A stretch of 64,000 nucleotides of DNA from Alphaproteobacteria bacterium (lineage in GTDB: Bacteria > Pseudomonadota > Alphaproteobacteria > Bin95): the NCBI GenBank assembly GCA_965205265.1, contig CBDBGH010000003.1:512001-576000 (forward strand), in the 5' to 3' direction. The notes under the pieces are model-generated. The model worked only from the letters and a program-made list of their open reading frames with translations. It was not told the origin of the DNA and ran no database searches. This document shows, one piece after another, positions 9,339 through 19,070 of the stretch (its first letter is position 1; every line of letters starts with the position of its first letter). The position numbers and the translations under genes are program-made.

Positions 9339-10184
9339 TCAAACGGGGATGTCGCCCTTGATTGTGGTGCGCCACAGGAGGCGGCGCTGCGGCAGGTCGT
9401 AGTCCTGGATGGCGCGGTGCTGCACGGTGCAGTTGTCCCAGACCACGACATCGCCTACCTGCCAGCGGTGCTGGTAGATGAACTCGGTGCGCACGATATG
9501 GTCGGCCAGCGCCTCGATCAGCCCCCGCGAGGTTTCCTCGTCCCTGCCGACGATCCCGGTGCAGTCGTCGCGCACGATATAGAGGCTCTTGCGTCCCGTG
9601 CGCGGATGGGTGCGGACGATGGGATGCTCGACCGGCGGGTATTGCGCGATGTCCTCGGCGCTCACGGGCGAGGAGCGCTTGCGCCCCCGGAAATCGAAAA
9701 CGCCCCGCAGGTCGCGGATTTCCTCCTGCATCGCCGGGGGCAGCGCGTCCCAGGCGGCGGCGGCATTGGCGAAGCAGGTGTCGCCCAGCGTGAGCCCGTG
9801 CAGGACCGGCACCTCGACCGCATAGAGCATGGTGGCGCCCGCCGGGCGCTCGGCGTAGCTCATGTCCGTGTGCCAGGTCTCGCCCGCGCGCCTCGTGCCG
9901 ATGGGCGCGCCATACTCGACGATGTTGGAGATGAGGTAGATCTCGGGGCTGCCGTCGATGCCGAAGCGGGCGGCGTTGAAATTGAACTCCGGCTCGCCGA
10001 AGCGCCGGGTGAAGGCGACCTGGCTTTCGGGCGTCAGTGTCTGGTTGCGGAGCACGATCACGCCGTGCCTGTCGAGCGCTTCGCGGACGCTCGCGAATTC
10101 GTCGTCGTCCAGTCCCGCGCCGATATCGGCCCCGAGGATCTCCGCGCCCGTGGCGGGCGAGGCGGGCCTGACTTCAATGGCCAT
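9339..10184 (-). CDS. TauD/TfdA family Fe(II)/2OG dioxygenase
   Basis: WHTDMSY (HxD), HPIVRTHPRTGRKSLY, WDNCTVQHRA. Confidence 0.93.
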   Translation of the reverse strand: MAIEVRPASPATGAEILGADIGAGLDDDEFASVREALDRHGVIVLRNQTLTPESQVAFTRRFGEPEFNFNAARFGIDGSPEIYLISNIVEYGAPIGTRRAGETWHTDMSYAERPAGATMLYAVEVPVLHGLTLGDTCFANAAAAWDALPPAMQEEIRDLRGVFDFRGRKRSSPVSAEDIAQYPPVEHPIVRTHPRTGRKSLYIVRDDCTGIVGRDEETSRGLIEALADHIVRTEFIYQHRWQVGDVVVWDNCTVQHRAIQDYDLPQRRLLWRTTIKGDIPV

Positions 10185-10208
10185 GACTGCTGCCTCCCCG
10201 GTTCGTCT

Positions 10209-11066
10209 TCAATCGCCGGCGACGCGCGCGCCCGCGTCCCTGTCCTTGATCGAGGTGCGCCAATGGATGCGGTCTTCCTCGGGAGGATAGTCGCCGGCCG
10301 CCTTGTGGACCATGCAGCGATTGTCCCAGATGACGACATCGCCGACCCGCCAGCGGTGGTCGTAGCGCGCATCCGCGACCACCATGCGCCCTTCGAGCTC
10401 GTCGATAAGCGCGTCGCTCTCCGCAGGCGCCAGGCCCTCGACATAGACGATCTTGCCGGGGTCGAAATAGAGCGACTTGCGCCCCGTTTCCGGGTGTGTG
10501 CGGACCAGCGGGTGGAACACCGCGCGATGGCCGCGGTCTTCCGGGTTCAACAGGGCGTCGGAGCCCCGCTTGCCGCCGCCATAGGCGAAGGCGCCCCGCC
10601 GGCCTGCAATCTCCGACTTAAGCCGTTCGGGCAGCGCGTCGTAAGCGCGGTACATGGATGAGAAATGGGTGTCGCCGCCGCGGCTCGGCACGGCGAGCGC
10701 ATAGAGCTGCGTCGCCTTGAAGGGCACCTCGTCATAGGCCCCGTCGGTGTGCCAGGACGCCGCGCCGCGCCGGTAGATTTCCTCGTTCAGCCGGCCGTCG
10801 GCGTCGAACTTGCCGACGCCGAGCACCGTCACCTCGGGATGGTCCGGGTGGCGTGTCGAACGGGAAGGGTGCGGCACGACATGCCCGAAACGGCGGCTGT
10901 AGGCGATGAAGTCCTCGATTTCGAGCGCCTGGTCGCGCACGACCGCGACGCCATAGTCGAGCCACGCGGCGTAGATCGGCCGGAAGCCGTGTTCGTCGAG
11001 CCGCGCGATATCGACGCCGGCGATCTCCACGCCGGTATGCTCGGAAAGCGGCCGGATCTCGGTCAT
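10209..11066 (-). CDS. TauD/TfdA family Fe(II)/2OG dioxygenase
   Basis: WHTDGAY, HPLVRTHPETGRKSLY, WDNRCMVHKA. Confidence 0.93.
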   Translation of the reverse strand: MTEIRPLSEHTGVEIAGVDIARLDEHGFRPIYAAWLDYGVAVVRDQALEIEDFIAYSRRFGHVVPHPSRSTRHPDHPEVTVLGVGKFDADGRLNEEIYRRGAASWHTDGAYDEVPFKATQLYALAVPSRGGDTHFSSMYRAYDALPERLKSEIAGRRGAFAYGGGKRGSDALLNPEDRGHRAVFHPLVRTHPETGRKSLYFDPGKIVYVEGLAPAESDALIDELEGRMVVADARYDHRWRVGDVVIWDNRCMVHKAAGDYPPEEDRIHWRTSIKDRDAGARVAGD

Positions 11067-11082
11067 GCCTGCGGGCCTCCCG

Positions 11083-12096
11083 TCAGGGCCGCCGGTCCCG
11101 GGGCAGCGTCTCGAGATAGACCCCCAGATCGACCTCGTTCACCAGCGCCTCGCCGGCAGCATAGCGCGGAAGATTGGCGATGAAGAGGTCGTCGGCGCGC
11201 CCGCGCGTTCCATTGCCGGCAAAGGAACAATGCCCCGTCAGCCGGACGGAGGGATGCGCCCAGTACGGGCTGCTGCGCGGCAGGGGCTCCGGTTCGAACA
11301 CATCCAGCACGGCGGTCCCGACCCGGCCGCTGTCGAGCGCCGCCAGCAGCGCGTCGTCGTCCACCACGCCGCCGCGCGCGACGTTCACCAGCACCGCACC
11401 CGGCTTCATGGCCGCAAGGAACCTGGCATCGACAAGCCTGTCGGTCTCCGACGAATGCGGGCAGCACAGCACCACCACATCGGCCTCTCCGAGCCGGTCC
11501 CCGAGCCTGTCCATCGCGCAGACCTCGTCGGCGAAGGGCGCCGGCGCCGCGCTGCGCCGCACGCCTGTGACCCGGGCGCCGAATGCGCCGGCGCGCCTGC
11601 CGATCTCGCGCCCGATATTGCCGTATCCGACGATGAGCCACGCAGTGCCTGCTAGCTCGCGGAACGGGAGCTGCTTCCATTCGCCGGCCGCCTGCGCCGC
11701 GCGCCGTTCCGCCAGCCCCTGGAAGATGTCCAGCACATGGGCGAACACATATTCGGAAATGGCCACCGCCTGGGCGCTGGACGCTCCGATGCGGATGCCC
11801 TTCGCCGCAATGGCGCGGTAGCCCGGATGGTCGAGGCCGGCGTTGAATGTCTGCACCCACTCGACCGTGCGCGAGGCGGCGATGGCTTCGAGGCAGTCGG
11901 CGAAGGCCCTGCCGGTCATATCGGAGGTCAGCCATACCGCCCTGGCCGGCGCCTCGGCCAGCGGCACCGGCCCGCCTTCCGCCATGCAGCGCCCGCCGTC
12001 CAGCAGCGGCAGGACCTGCAGCGGCAGGTCGAGCGCGGCGATCCGGTCCGCCACGCGGTCCCGGGCGGCGGGGTGCATGGCGACATTCAGCGTCAT
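11083..12096 (-). CDS. D-2-hydroxyacid dehydrogenase family protein
   Basis: IVGYGNIG Rossmann motif, LVNVARGGVVD, LDVFEPEPL, LTGH. Confidence 0.92.
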   Translation of the reverse strand: MTLNVAMHPAARDRVADRIAALDLPLQVLPLLDGGRCMAEGGPVPLAEAPARAVWLTSDMTGRAFADCLEAIAASRTVEWVQTFNAGLDHPGYRAIAAKGIRIGASSAQAVAISEYVFAHVLDIFQGLAERRAAQAAGEWKQLPFRELAGTAWLIVGYGNIGREIGRRAGAFGARVTGVRRSAAPAPFADEVCAMDRLGDRLGEADVVVLCCPHSSETDRLVDARFLAAMKPGAVLVNVARGGVVDDDALLAALDSGRVGTAVLDVFEPEPLPRSSPYWAHPSVRLTGHCSFAGNGTRGRADDLFIANLPRYAAGEALVNEVDLGVYLETLPRDRRP

Positions 12097-12105
12097 CGCG
12101 CCGGC

Positions 12106-12507
12106 CTAGCCGGAATAGTCGGCATCGCTGACCTTTTCGAACCACTCGGTTCCGCCGCCGTCGTCGCCGGTTTCGGACATGGCGAGATGCGTGAAGATGC
12201 TGTCCGGCGCAGCGCCGTGCCAGTGGCGCGCGTCGGGCGGAATGACGGCGGTGTCGCCGGGCCTCAGCTCCTCGACCGGCCCTCCTTCGACCTGCACGCG
12301 CCCGATCCCGGAGACGGCCCAGAGCGTCTGGCCGACCGGATGATGGTGCCATGCCGTTCGCGCGCCTGGATTGAAGGTGACATTCGTTGCCCGCATCCGC
12401 GAGGGAGCCGCCCCCACAAGCACTTCGTCCTGATAGACATCGCCCGTGAACCGGTCGGCGGGCGCCTTCTTCGTCGCCCGGTCGCCGACCCTGTAAATCG
12501 TCAGCAT
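12106..12507 (-). CDS. Cupin domain protein
   Basis: VTFNPGARTAWHHHPVGQTL and PGD...HWHGA motifs; AAGGA RBS. Confidence 0.9.
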   Translation of the reverse strand: MLTIYRVGDRATKKAPADRFTGDVYQDEVLVGAAPSRMRATNVTFNPGARTAWHHHPVGQTLWAVSGIGRVQVEGGPVEELRPGDTAVIPPDARHWHGAAPDSIFTHLAMSETGDDGGGTEWFEKVSDADYSG

Positions 12508-13259
12508 TGGCGTTCCTTCCCCGGCAATCCCCTATGCCGGACCGGAGAGTAACAGCGGGTCCGATCGGCTGTCGAGTTGAACGGGCGGCATTCCATATAG
12601 CGACGTTTTCCGACCGGATATCCGGCTTGCAACGGGCGCCGGTTGCAGGGGCGCTGCGGGAAGCGGCCATAATCGGGAACGACTGTTTCCCGCCTGCTTT
12701 GGAGAGGAAGAGAATCCGGCTCAAGCGAGGTCGGCGGCAGCCTGAAAGACGACAGAAAAAGATTCAACGCCGGAGCCATAACCGGCCCGTTGCAAATGCG
12801 GCCGGATATGCTTCTGTTTTGGTGTCGACAAGTATCTTTCGGCATATTGCGCTTTTCCCGCCGCAGGCCGCGGAAGGGCCGGACGAGGCGCTTCGAACTC
12901 CTGCCGGCAGACATCGGCCAATGGCGCCATGCGAATTTCAGCCTTCGATCGGCTTTCGAAAGGCGGGCGCCCGACTCTTCCGTCCAGCCTCGACCGGAGA
13001 TCGTTTATGCGTCGCCCGCCCCCCTTGCGTCGCTCTCGATTCTCAAGAGGCGGATAAAGTATCTCCATACCGGCCCGGCAACGAGGCCGCAGACAAGGTT
13101 CAGTTGAACTTCGGCACGGTAAATGCCAGGCGATTTACCCGACGGGCAACGGTGCGACAATCGTCGCCTAAGCGGTGCATAAATTGTGCGGGAGGCCCGA
13201 ACGGGGCCGGTAACGATGAACGGTCAGGCAATTTGCGACCAAGGCGACCGATTCAACCT

Positions 13260-13286
13260 CCTGCGCCCGGTACAAGCGGGCGCAGG
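13260..13286. terminator. GC-rich hairpin, possible terminator downstream of the 13316..13579 gene
   Basis: Perfect 10-bp stem CCTGCGCCCG-GTACAAG-CGGGCGCAGG; no clear U-tract. Confidence 0.4.
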
Positions 13287-13315
13287 GAAATGGAGAACCG
13301 GCCTGCCGACGACGG

Positions 13316-13579
13316 TCAGTCGTCGCGGGATTCGACGATCACGCGCTTGCGCCCGCGCCGGACAAGATAGCCGCCGCGCCGTATCGTAAGCTTGCCCTGC
13401 TGAATCAAGGCCCATAACGCATCGGCGATGACTTCGGCATTTTGATCCGTATCCGGCGCATCCGTAGCCTGGACGAGCCACTTGGCAAAGGCCTCGTCGG
13501 CTATGGAAGGGCCCAACGACTTGCGAAGCGCATTGAGCTTGCGAAGTTGGCCCTTTGTCAGGGCAGTTTCGTCAATCAT
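13316..13579 (-). CDS. Small basic hypothetical protein (87 aa)
   Basis: GGAGG RBS, natural-looking composition (MIDETALTKGQLRKLNALRKSLG...), AT-rich upstream region and downstream hairpin. Confidence 0.75.
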   Translation of the reverse strand: MIDETALTKGQLRKLNALRKSLGPSIADEAFAKWLVQATDAPDTDQNAEVIADALWALIQQGKLTIRRGGYLVRRGRKRVIVESRDD

Positions 13580-13673
13580 GTCGAGGCCTCCGTCAATCCA
13601 CCTCTAGCGTACAGCAAAACACAATAGCAAATGCCACCCAAAATTGTAACACCCTTGCAATTCACGCCTCAGG

Positions 13674-15563
13674 CTAAATTGTCGCGGCGCCTTGCCCGTC
13701 CTCGAGTAGTGCGACTTCCGGAACGCCCGGCGCTTCGAAACCCAGTATCCGCGCGAAGAAGGAAAGTTCGGCTTCCAGGGCGGCCACGATATTCTCGGCC
13801 CTGCGGAATCCATGGCCTTCACCGTCGAACAACAGCAGCGCAGCGGGAATTCTCCTAGCCCTGAGGGCGTTCGCCATGGCTTCGGTCTGTCCGGGCGGCA
13901 CGACCTTGTCCTCCGTGCCTTGCAAGAAGATGACGGGGCAGGAAATACCATCGGCATGAAGCAAGGGAGAGCGGGCATCGTAAATTGCTTCCGCCTCCGG
14001 TAGAGGGCCGATCAAGCGGTCGAGATAACGGCTCTCGAATTTGTGCGTATCCCGCGCAAGAGCCTTGAGGTCCCCGATACCGTAAAGGCTCGCTCCGGCC
14101 TTGAAAACATCGCGAAACGCAAGCGCGGCGAGAGTCGTATATCCGCCGGCGCTGCCGCCCCGCACGACAAGCCGGTTTGCGTCCGCTTTTCCGGAATCGG
14201 CCAGCCATGTTGCCGCTGCGCAGCAATCGTCCACGTCGATGATGCCCCACTGACCGTCCAGTTGCCGGCGAAAAGCGCGTCCGTAGCCGGTACTGCCGCC
14301 GTAATTGACGTCCACGACTGCAAAGCCGCGTGTCGTCCAGTATTGGATGGCCGGCGAATAGCCGTTGTCCGAGGCGCCGGTCGGGCCGCCATGCGACCGC
14401 ACGACCAGCGGCGGACGCTCCCCCTCGGGCGCGGCGAAACCGGGATTCTTCGGCGCATAGAACCACGCATGCGCGGTCCTTCCGCCACTGGTCGGGAAGG
14501 AGACCGCCTCGCCGCGCGAGACGAAGGCCGGGTCGGGATCGTCCGGGGCGGAGCGGGCCAGGGTCTCGCGTATTCCGTCCTCGTGCAGCAGGTCGAGCCG
14601 GGCCGGCCGGTCGGTGTCGACACCCAGCACCGCCCAGCCGCCGTTGAAGGGCACGGGGCAGGATGGCCGCGAAAAGCCGGTTTCGAACGGGCCGCCGCGG
14701 AGCCGCTCGACGAAGACACTGCCGTCCGATTCGTACCGGACGACCGTGTCGCCGTCGTCGAGGCAGCGGTAGCTTTGAGCGCCGAGGCCCCAGAGCGGCC
14801 CGGCGAACTCCGCCGCCATCGGCTTCAGCGCCGTGCCGCCCTCGCTGTCATGGACGTACAGATTCCACCAGCCCGAGCGATCCGAAATGTAATGCAGCCG
14901 CCCGTCCGCCGACCATGACGGCTGCAACACCGATTCGCCCGGCCCGCCCGCGACGGGCTCGCCGTCGAGCAGCAATTCGGTCGCGTCCCATGGCATGTTC
15001 GGGTGGTCCCAGGCGATGCAGGCGAGACGCCCGTCGGGGCCGGGCCGGGGTGCGGCGTAGAAGTCCCGCCCCATGCAAACCGGTTCGCCTTCACCGATTC
15101 GGTCGGGGTTCAGGAGAACCACGCAGTTGACCGGTTCGCCGGCCCCGCGATGGTCCTCGCGCACGGCATAGATGCCGTCGCGGGCGAAAGCGAAATCGGC
15201 GTAACGCAAGGGCGCCTCGGGCGTTATCCGCCTCGGTTCGCCGTCGTCCCCGACAAGCCAGACGGTCCCGTCCGGGAAATGCGAAAAGACGACGAGGCCG
15301 CCGAGCGCGGCGTAAGCGCCGCCGCCATATTCGTGCACCCGCGAGCGCACATCGAACTGCGGGGGCAGGACTTCCCGGATTTCCCCGTTCCGGTAGCGCA
15401 TGAGCACGCTGCGGCCCCGCTCGCGCGGCCGGCCTTCCAGCCAGTAGAGGCTTTCGCCGTCCGCGCGGACGAATGAGAGACCGACTCCCGCTTCCGCAAT
15501 CCGTTGCGCCGAGAGGTTCGAGACCCAGCTTCCATAGGGCCTGACAACAGGCTTGTCGGTCAT
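13674..15563 (-). CDS. S9 family peptidase (prolyl oligopeptidase-like)
   Basis: PYGSW N-terminus, HGGPT, GGSAGGY nucleophile, QGTEDKVV, GEGHGFR; alternative start at 15572. Confidence 0.93.
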   Translation of the reverse strand: MTDKPVVRPYGSWVSNLSAQRIAEAGVGLSFVRADGESLYWLEGRPRERGRSVLMRYRNGEIREVLPPQFDVRSRVHEYGGGAYAALGGLVVFSHFPDGTVWLVGDDGEPRRITPEAPLRYADFAFARDGIYAVREDHRGAGEPVNCVVLLNPDRIGEGEPVCMGRDFYAAPRPGPDGRLACIAWDHPNMPWDATELLLDGEPVAGGPGESVLQPSWSADGRLHYISDRSGWWNLYVHDSEGGTALKPMAAEFAGPLWGLGAQSYRCLDDGDTVVRYESDGSVFVERLRGGPFETGFSRPSCPVPFNGGWAVLGVDTDRPARLDLLHEDGIRETLARSAPDDPDPAFVSRGEAVSFPTSGGRTAHAWFYAPKNPGFAAPEGERPPLVVRSHGGPTGASDNGYSPAIQYWTTRGFAVVDVNYGGSTGYGRAFRRQLDGQWGIIDVDDCCAAATWLADSGKADANRLVVRGGSAGGYTTLAALAFRDVFKAGASLYGIGDLKALARDTHKFESRYLDRLIGPLPEAEAIYDARSPLLHADGISCPVIFLQGTEDKVVPPGQTEAMANALRARRIPAALLLFDGEGHGFRRAENIVAALEAELSFFARILGFEAPGVPEVALLEDGQGAATI

Positions 15564-15632
15564 GGCGGACATTCCTCATCGCGTGGCCTGCGCCATTGTC
15601 AACCGGCGCCGTCCAAGCTTCAATCGATAGCG

Positions 15633-16109
15633 ATGGAGAGGACAGTTCGCGAGACGGACGCCGCCGGTGCGCTCTGGGATTTCGCCGTCCGGCTGTATGC
15701 CGAGCCCGGCGTCAGCGAAGCCTGCCTCGCCCTGCAGGACAGGTTCGGCGTCGATGTGCCGTTGCTGCTGTGGGCCGCGTGGCTTGGCGACGGTGCGGAT
15801 GCGGCGGCGCTGAGGGCCGGCGACCGGGCCGTCGGTCCCTGGCGGGCGCGGGCCGTGCGGCCGATGCGGGCGCTGCGGCGCCATCTCCGCCATACCGTTG
15901 CCGGGCTGGACAAGGATGCGCAGGAAAGCTGGCGAAACGCCGCAAAGCGGCTGGAGATCGACGCGGAACGGCTGGCGCTCGGTATTCTGGCCGAAATCGG
16001 CCGGCGGAACGGACGCGCGAACCTGGTTCCCTTTGCCGCCGTATTCGGCCTGGAACGCAGCGCCCCCGAGCTGAGGCTGATCGAGGCAGCGGCGCGCCGG
16101 CTTGCATGA
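15633..16109 (+). CDS. TIGR02444/DUF2390-like protein
   Basis: LWDFAVRLYAEPGVSEACLALQDRFGVDVPLLLWAAW...PMRALRR...EIDAER. Confidence 0.8.
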   Translation: MERTVRETDAAGALWDFAVRLYAEPGVSEACLALQDRFGVDVPLLLWAAWLGDGADAAALRAGDRAVGPWRARAVRPMRALRRHLRHTVAGLDKDAQESWRNAAKRLEIDAERLALGILAEIGRRNGRANLVPFAAVFGLERSAPELRLIEAAARRLA

Positions 16110-16130
16110 GTGCGCGCGGCCCGCTTCCGG

Positions 16131-16916
16131 TCAGACTTCCCAGGCGGGCGGGCGTTTTTCCAGGAAGGAGGCGGCGCCCTCGCGGCCTTCGTCGCTGGCC
16201 CAGCTTTCGGCGAAAGCGTAGAGGCCGTCGATTCCCAGCGTATCGGGGCCGCTGCGGTCGTAGAGGTCGAGCGCGCGCTTGACGGCCGCGGCCGCGCCGG
16301 GGGCTGCGCCGAGGCAGCCGGCAACGGCTGCATCCACGGCCCCGTCGAGTTCCCCGTCGGACACGGCGCGGTCGATGAGGCCGATGCGTTGGGCTTCGGC
16401 CGCGTCGAAAGTCTCTCCGGTGAACAGGTAACGCTTGTAGGCTGCGGTGCCGATGCGCGTCAGCAGCGCCTTGAGCGCGGCGGTGGGAACCACGCCCCGG
16501 CGAAGCTCCGTGAACGCGAAGCGTGCGCCGGCCCCGGCGATCGCAACATCGCTCGCTGCAATCAGGGTTATGCCGCCGCCGAATGCGCCGCCCTGCACCC
16601 GCGCGACAACCGGGCAGGGCAGGCAGGCGATCCGGTGGCTCAGCATTGAGCCGCGCAGCGCCGCCTGAAGCCGCTGTTCGGCGGGCGCCTGTCCCATGTG
16701 CCGGAACATGTTGATGTCGCCGCCCGCCGTGAAATGGCGGCCGTCCGCGGCAAGAACCAGCAGGCGCAGGTCCGCTCTGCCATGCAACGCATCGAGCGCG
16801 AGATGGATTTCCCGCATCGTCTCTACGGTGAGCGCATTCAACCGGTCGGGCCGGGCGAAAGTGAGCGTTGCAACGCCCCGCGCGTCTTCTTCCAGGCGTA
16901 TCGTTTTCCATTCCAT
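16131..16916 (-). CDS. Enoyl-CoA hydratase/isomerase (crotonase family)
   Basis: RPDRLNAL, FTAGGDI, VQGGAFGGG, FTELRRG, EGAASFLEKRPP. Confidence 0.92.
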   Translation of the reverse strand: MEWKTIRLEEDARGVATLTFARPDRLNALTVETMREIHLALDALHGRADLRLLVLAADGRHFTAGGDINMFRHMGQAPAEQRLQAALRGSMLSHRIACLPCPVVARVQGGAFGGGITLIAASDVAIAGAGARFAFTELRRGVVPTAALKALLTRIGTAAYKRYLFTGETFDAAEAQRIGLIDRAVSDGELDGAVDAAVAGCLGAAPGAAAAVKRALDLYDRSGPDTLGIDGLYAFAESWASDEGREGAASFLEKRPPAWEV

Positions 16917-17088
16917 GCCCGCCGCCTCCCGCGGCCTCCGTCATCGGCTGTTTCGGGTGCTTCTTTTCGACCTTGGGAGCGTGACGGTTGCGAATCGTCG
17001 GTTCTGCGCGAAATCATGGCGACAGGCTGCGAAATTGGCTATGGTGCCGGCTCCAGGCTAATCTGGACCGACAGGCAGGGACGATTCT

Positions 17089-17424
17089 ATGGACATCGGA
17101 GAGAGCAAGGAAGACGCCGTTTTTGTGCTCGAGCCCAAGGGCCGGCTCGACAGCGCGAATGCGCGCAGCTTCGAGGAACGGGTATTGGCCGCGTTGGAGA
17201 AGGGCGAAAACGCCCTGCTCATCGATTTTGACAAGCTGGACTACATCAGTTCAGCCGGCTTGCGCGTGCTGTTGATGGGAGCGAAACGGCTCCAGCAGTC
17301 CGGCGGCACGATTGCGCTTTGCGCGCTCAGCCCGAGCATCCACGAGGTTTTCGAGATCAGCGGTTTCCTCACCATCTTCACGGTGCATAGCGACAGGGCT
17401 GCGGCTCTGGCGGCTATGGGCTGA
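17089..17424 (+). CDS. STAS domain anti-sigma factor antagonist
   Basis: GRLDSANA, LDYISSAGLRVLL (phospho-Ser motif), VFEISGF. Confidence 0.93.
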   Translation: MDIGESKEDAVFVLEPKGRLDSANARSFEERVLAALEKGENALLIDFDKLDYISSAGLRVLLMGAKRLQQSGGTIALCALSPSIHEVFEISGFLTIFTVHSDRAAALAAMG

Positions 17425-17429
17425 GTGCA

Positions 17430-18080
17430 ATGCTTCGTTTTGCCGAAGAAATCATGTTGCTGCTGCTCGACGACAAGGACGGCAGCTTTCTGCCGATTCC
17501 GGAATGGTCGATGCAGTGCGCCCTGGCCGGCGCGGTATTGATGGACTTGGCCCTGGATGATCGGATCGACACCGACCTGGAATCTCTCATCCTTGTGGAC
17601 GGGAAGCCCACAGGCGACCCGCTGCTCGATCCCACGCTGGAGCGCATTGTGGCTTCCGGGGACGTGCAGGGCGCCCGCTACTGGGTCGAAAACACGGCCT
17701 CCTATGCCGATGAGATCCGCGAGGTCGCGCTCGCCCGGCTCGTGGAGAACGGCGTGCTGAGCCGGGAGGAGGACCGATTCCTCTGGGTTTTCCGGTCGCG
17801 GCGTTACCCGGTGATCGACGGACGGGCGGAGCGGGAAGTCAAACTCCGGATCATGGGCGTGCTGCTGTCGGACGAAATTCCCGACCCGCGCGATATCGTC
17901 ATCATTTGCCTGTGCGACGCCTGCGGCATTTTCAACGAGCTGCTGTCGCCGCGCGAACTGGAGCGCGCCCGCGGCCGTATCGACCAGGTGCGCAAGATGG
18001 ACCTCATCGGGCAGGCGGTTGCGAAGTCGGTCTGGGAAATCCAGGCATCGCTGGCCATGGCGGCGCACCCGGTCTACTAG
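17430..18080 (+). CDS. GPP34 / GOLPH3-Vps74 family protein
   Basis: FAEEIMLLLLDD, ALAGAVLMDLAL, PTGDPLLD, LVENGVL...FLWVF..RRYP. Confidence 0.85.
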   Translation: MLRFAEEIMLLLLDDKDGSFLPIPEWSMQCALAGAVLMDLALDDRIDTDLESLILVDGKPTGDPLLDPTLERIVASGDVQGARYWVENTASYADEIREVALARLVENGVLSREEDRFLWVFRSRRYPVIDGRAEREVKLRIMGVLLSDEIPDPRDIVIICLCDACGIFNELLSPRELERARGRIDQVRKMDLIGQAVAKSVWEIQASLAMAAHPVY

Positions 18081-18197
18081 ACGGCGCGGGCCCCGGCGGG
18101 CCTTTCGGTTGTTGCCTGAGACGAAGAGTCGCGCCTGTCCGGCGGCGAAGAACAGGAAGGTCTGGCCTTTCGCCGGTCGAACTCGCGGGCACGGGTC

Positions 18198-18995
18198 ATG
18201 AAGATCGTCGTCATCAATCTCGACCATGCGGCGGAGCGCCGCTGCCGGGTGTCCGCTGCGCTGGACGAACTCGGCCTTGCGTTCGAGCTGTTCAGCGCGG
18301 TCGACGGCCGGCGGCTCACGCCCGAACAGGAGCAGCTGATCGACTACGATGCTCTCGCCCGCCAGGGCTGGCCCATGCGGGCGGGCGCGCTCGGCAACTG
18401 GCTCAGCCATCGCGCGATACTCGCCGACATGATCGACAACGGACCGGAGACGCTGGCGATTCTTGAGGACGATATCGAGCTCTCACCCGAACTCCCCGCC
18501 GCCCTGGATGCCTTGGAGCGCGCATCGGGATCGTTCGACATTGTCTTCCTGAATCGGGGCCGGGCGGTTCGGCGCTTCATTCCCTGCCTGAGGCTCGATA
18601 CCGGGCACAGGCTGGGCTGGCTCCGCTGGTCGCATTTCGGCACCCAGGGCTATGTGATTACCCGTCCTGCGGCCCGGCGCTTCCTGGAAACCTTTCCGCG
18701 TGTGCGCATGAATATCGACCGCTCGCTCGCTGCCTATTGGCGCACCGGTCTCGAGACTTACTGCATACGTCCTCCGGTTCTTCGCCACCTGCTGGCCGAG
18801 GACGGCAACGACTCCATGATCCAGGCGACCCGGGCCGTCGGCCCCGCGGACCCGCTGTTCCGGCTTCGGCGGCGATGGTTCTTTCTCCGAGAGGGTGTGG
18901 CGAAACGCGCTGCGCTCAGTCGATTGGCGGTGAAGGCGCATGGGCCGGTGCGCGGCCTCGGGGCGTTGCTGGGGACGGGAGGGAAGGGGGCCTGA
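18198..18995 (+). CDS. Glycosyltransferase family 25
   Basis: VINLD....RR, FSAVDG, WLSH, ILEDD, GTQGYVIT. Confidence 0.9.
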   Translation: MKIVVINLDHAAERRCRVSAALDELGLAFELFSAVDGRRLTPEQEQLIDYDALARQGWPMRAGALGNWLSHRAILADMIDNGPETLAILEDDIELSPELPAALDALERASGSFDIVFLNRGRAVRRFIPCLRLDTGHRLGWLRWSHFGTQGYVITRPAARRFLETFPRVRMNIDRSLAAYWRTGLETYCIRPPVLRHLLAEDGNDSMIQATRAVGPADPLFRLRRRWFFLREGVAKRAALSRLAVKAHGPVRGLGALLGTGGKGA

Positions 18996-19070
18996 CCCCG
19001 TTCACGGGGCTGCCCCTGCCGCTGTCGAAACGATGTTAGGCTAGGCAATCGTCCTGCAGGGAGCCCGGCG

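Noticed and set aside
8707-9402. ORFs across the REP cluster
   Set aside because: Translations of palindromic repeats (MPGLVPGI, DARNKSGHD); not credible proteins.
12501-13389. Several 67-287-aa ORFs in the lower-GC interval
   Set aside because: No recognisable motifs, RBS or host-like codon bias; left unannotated.
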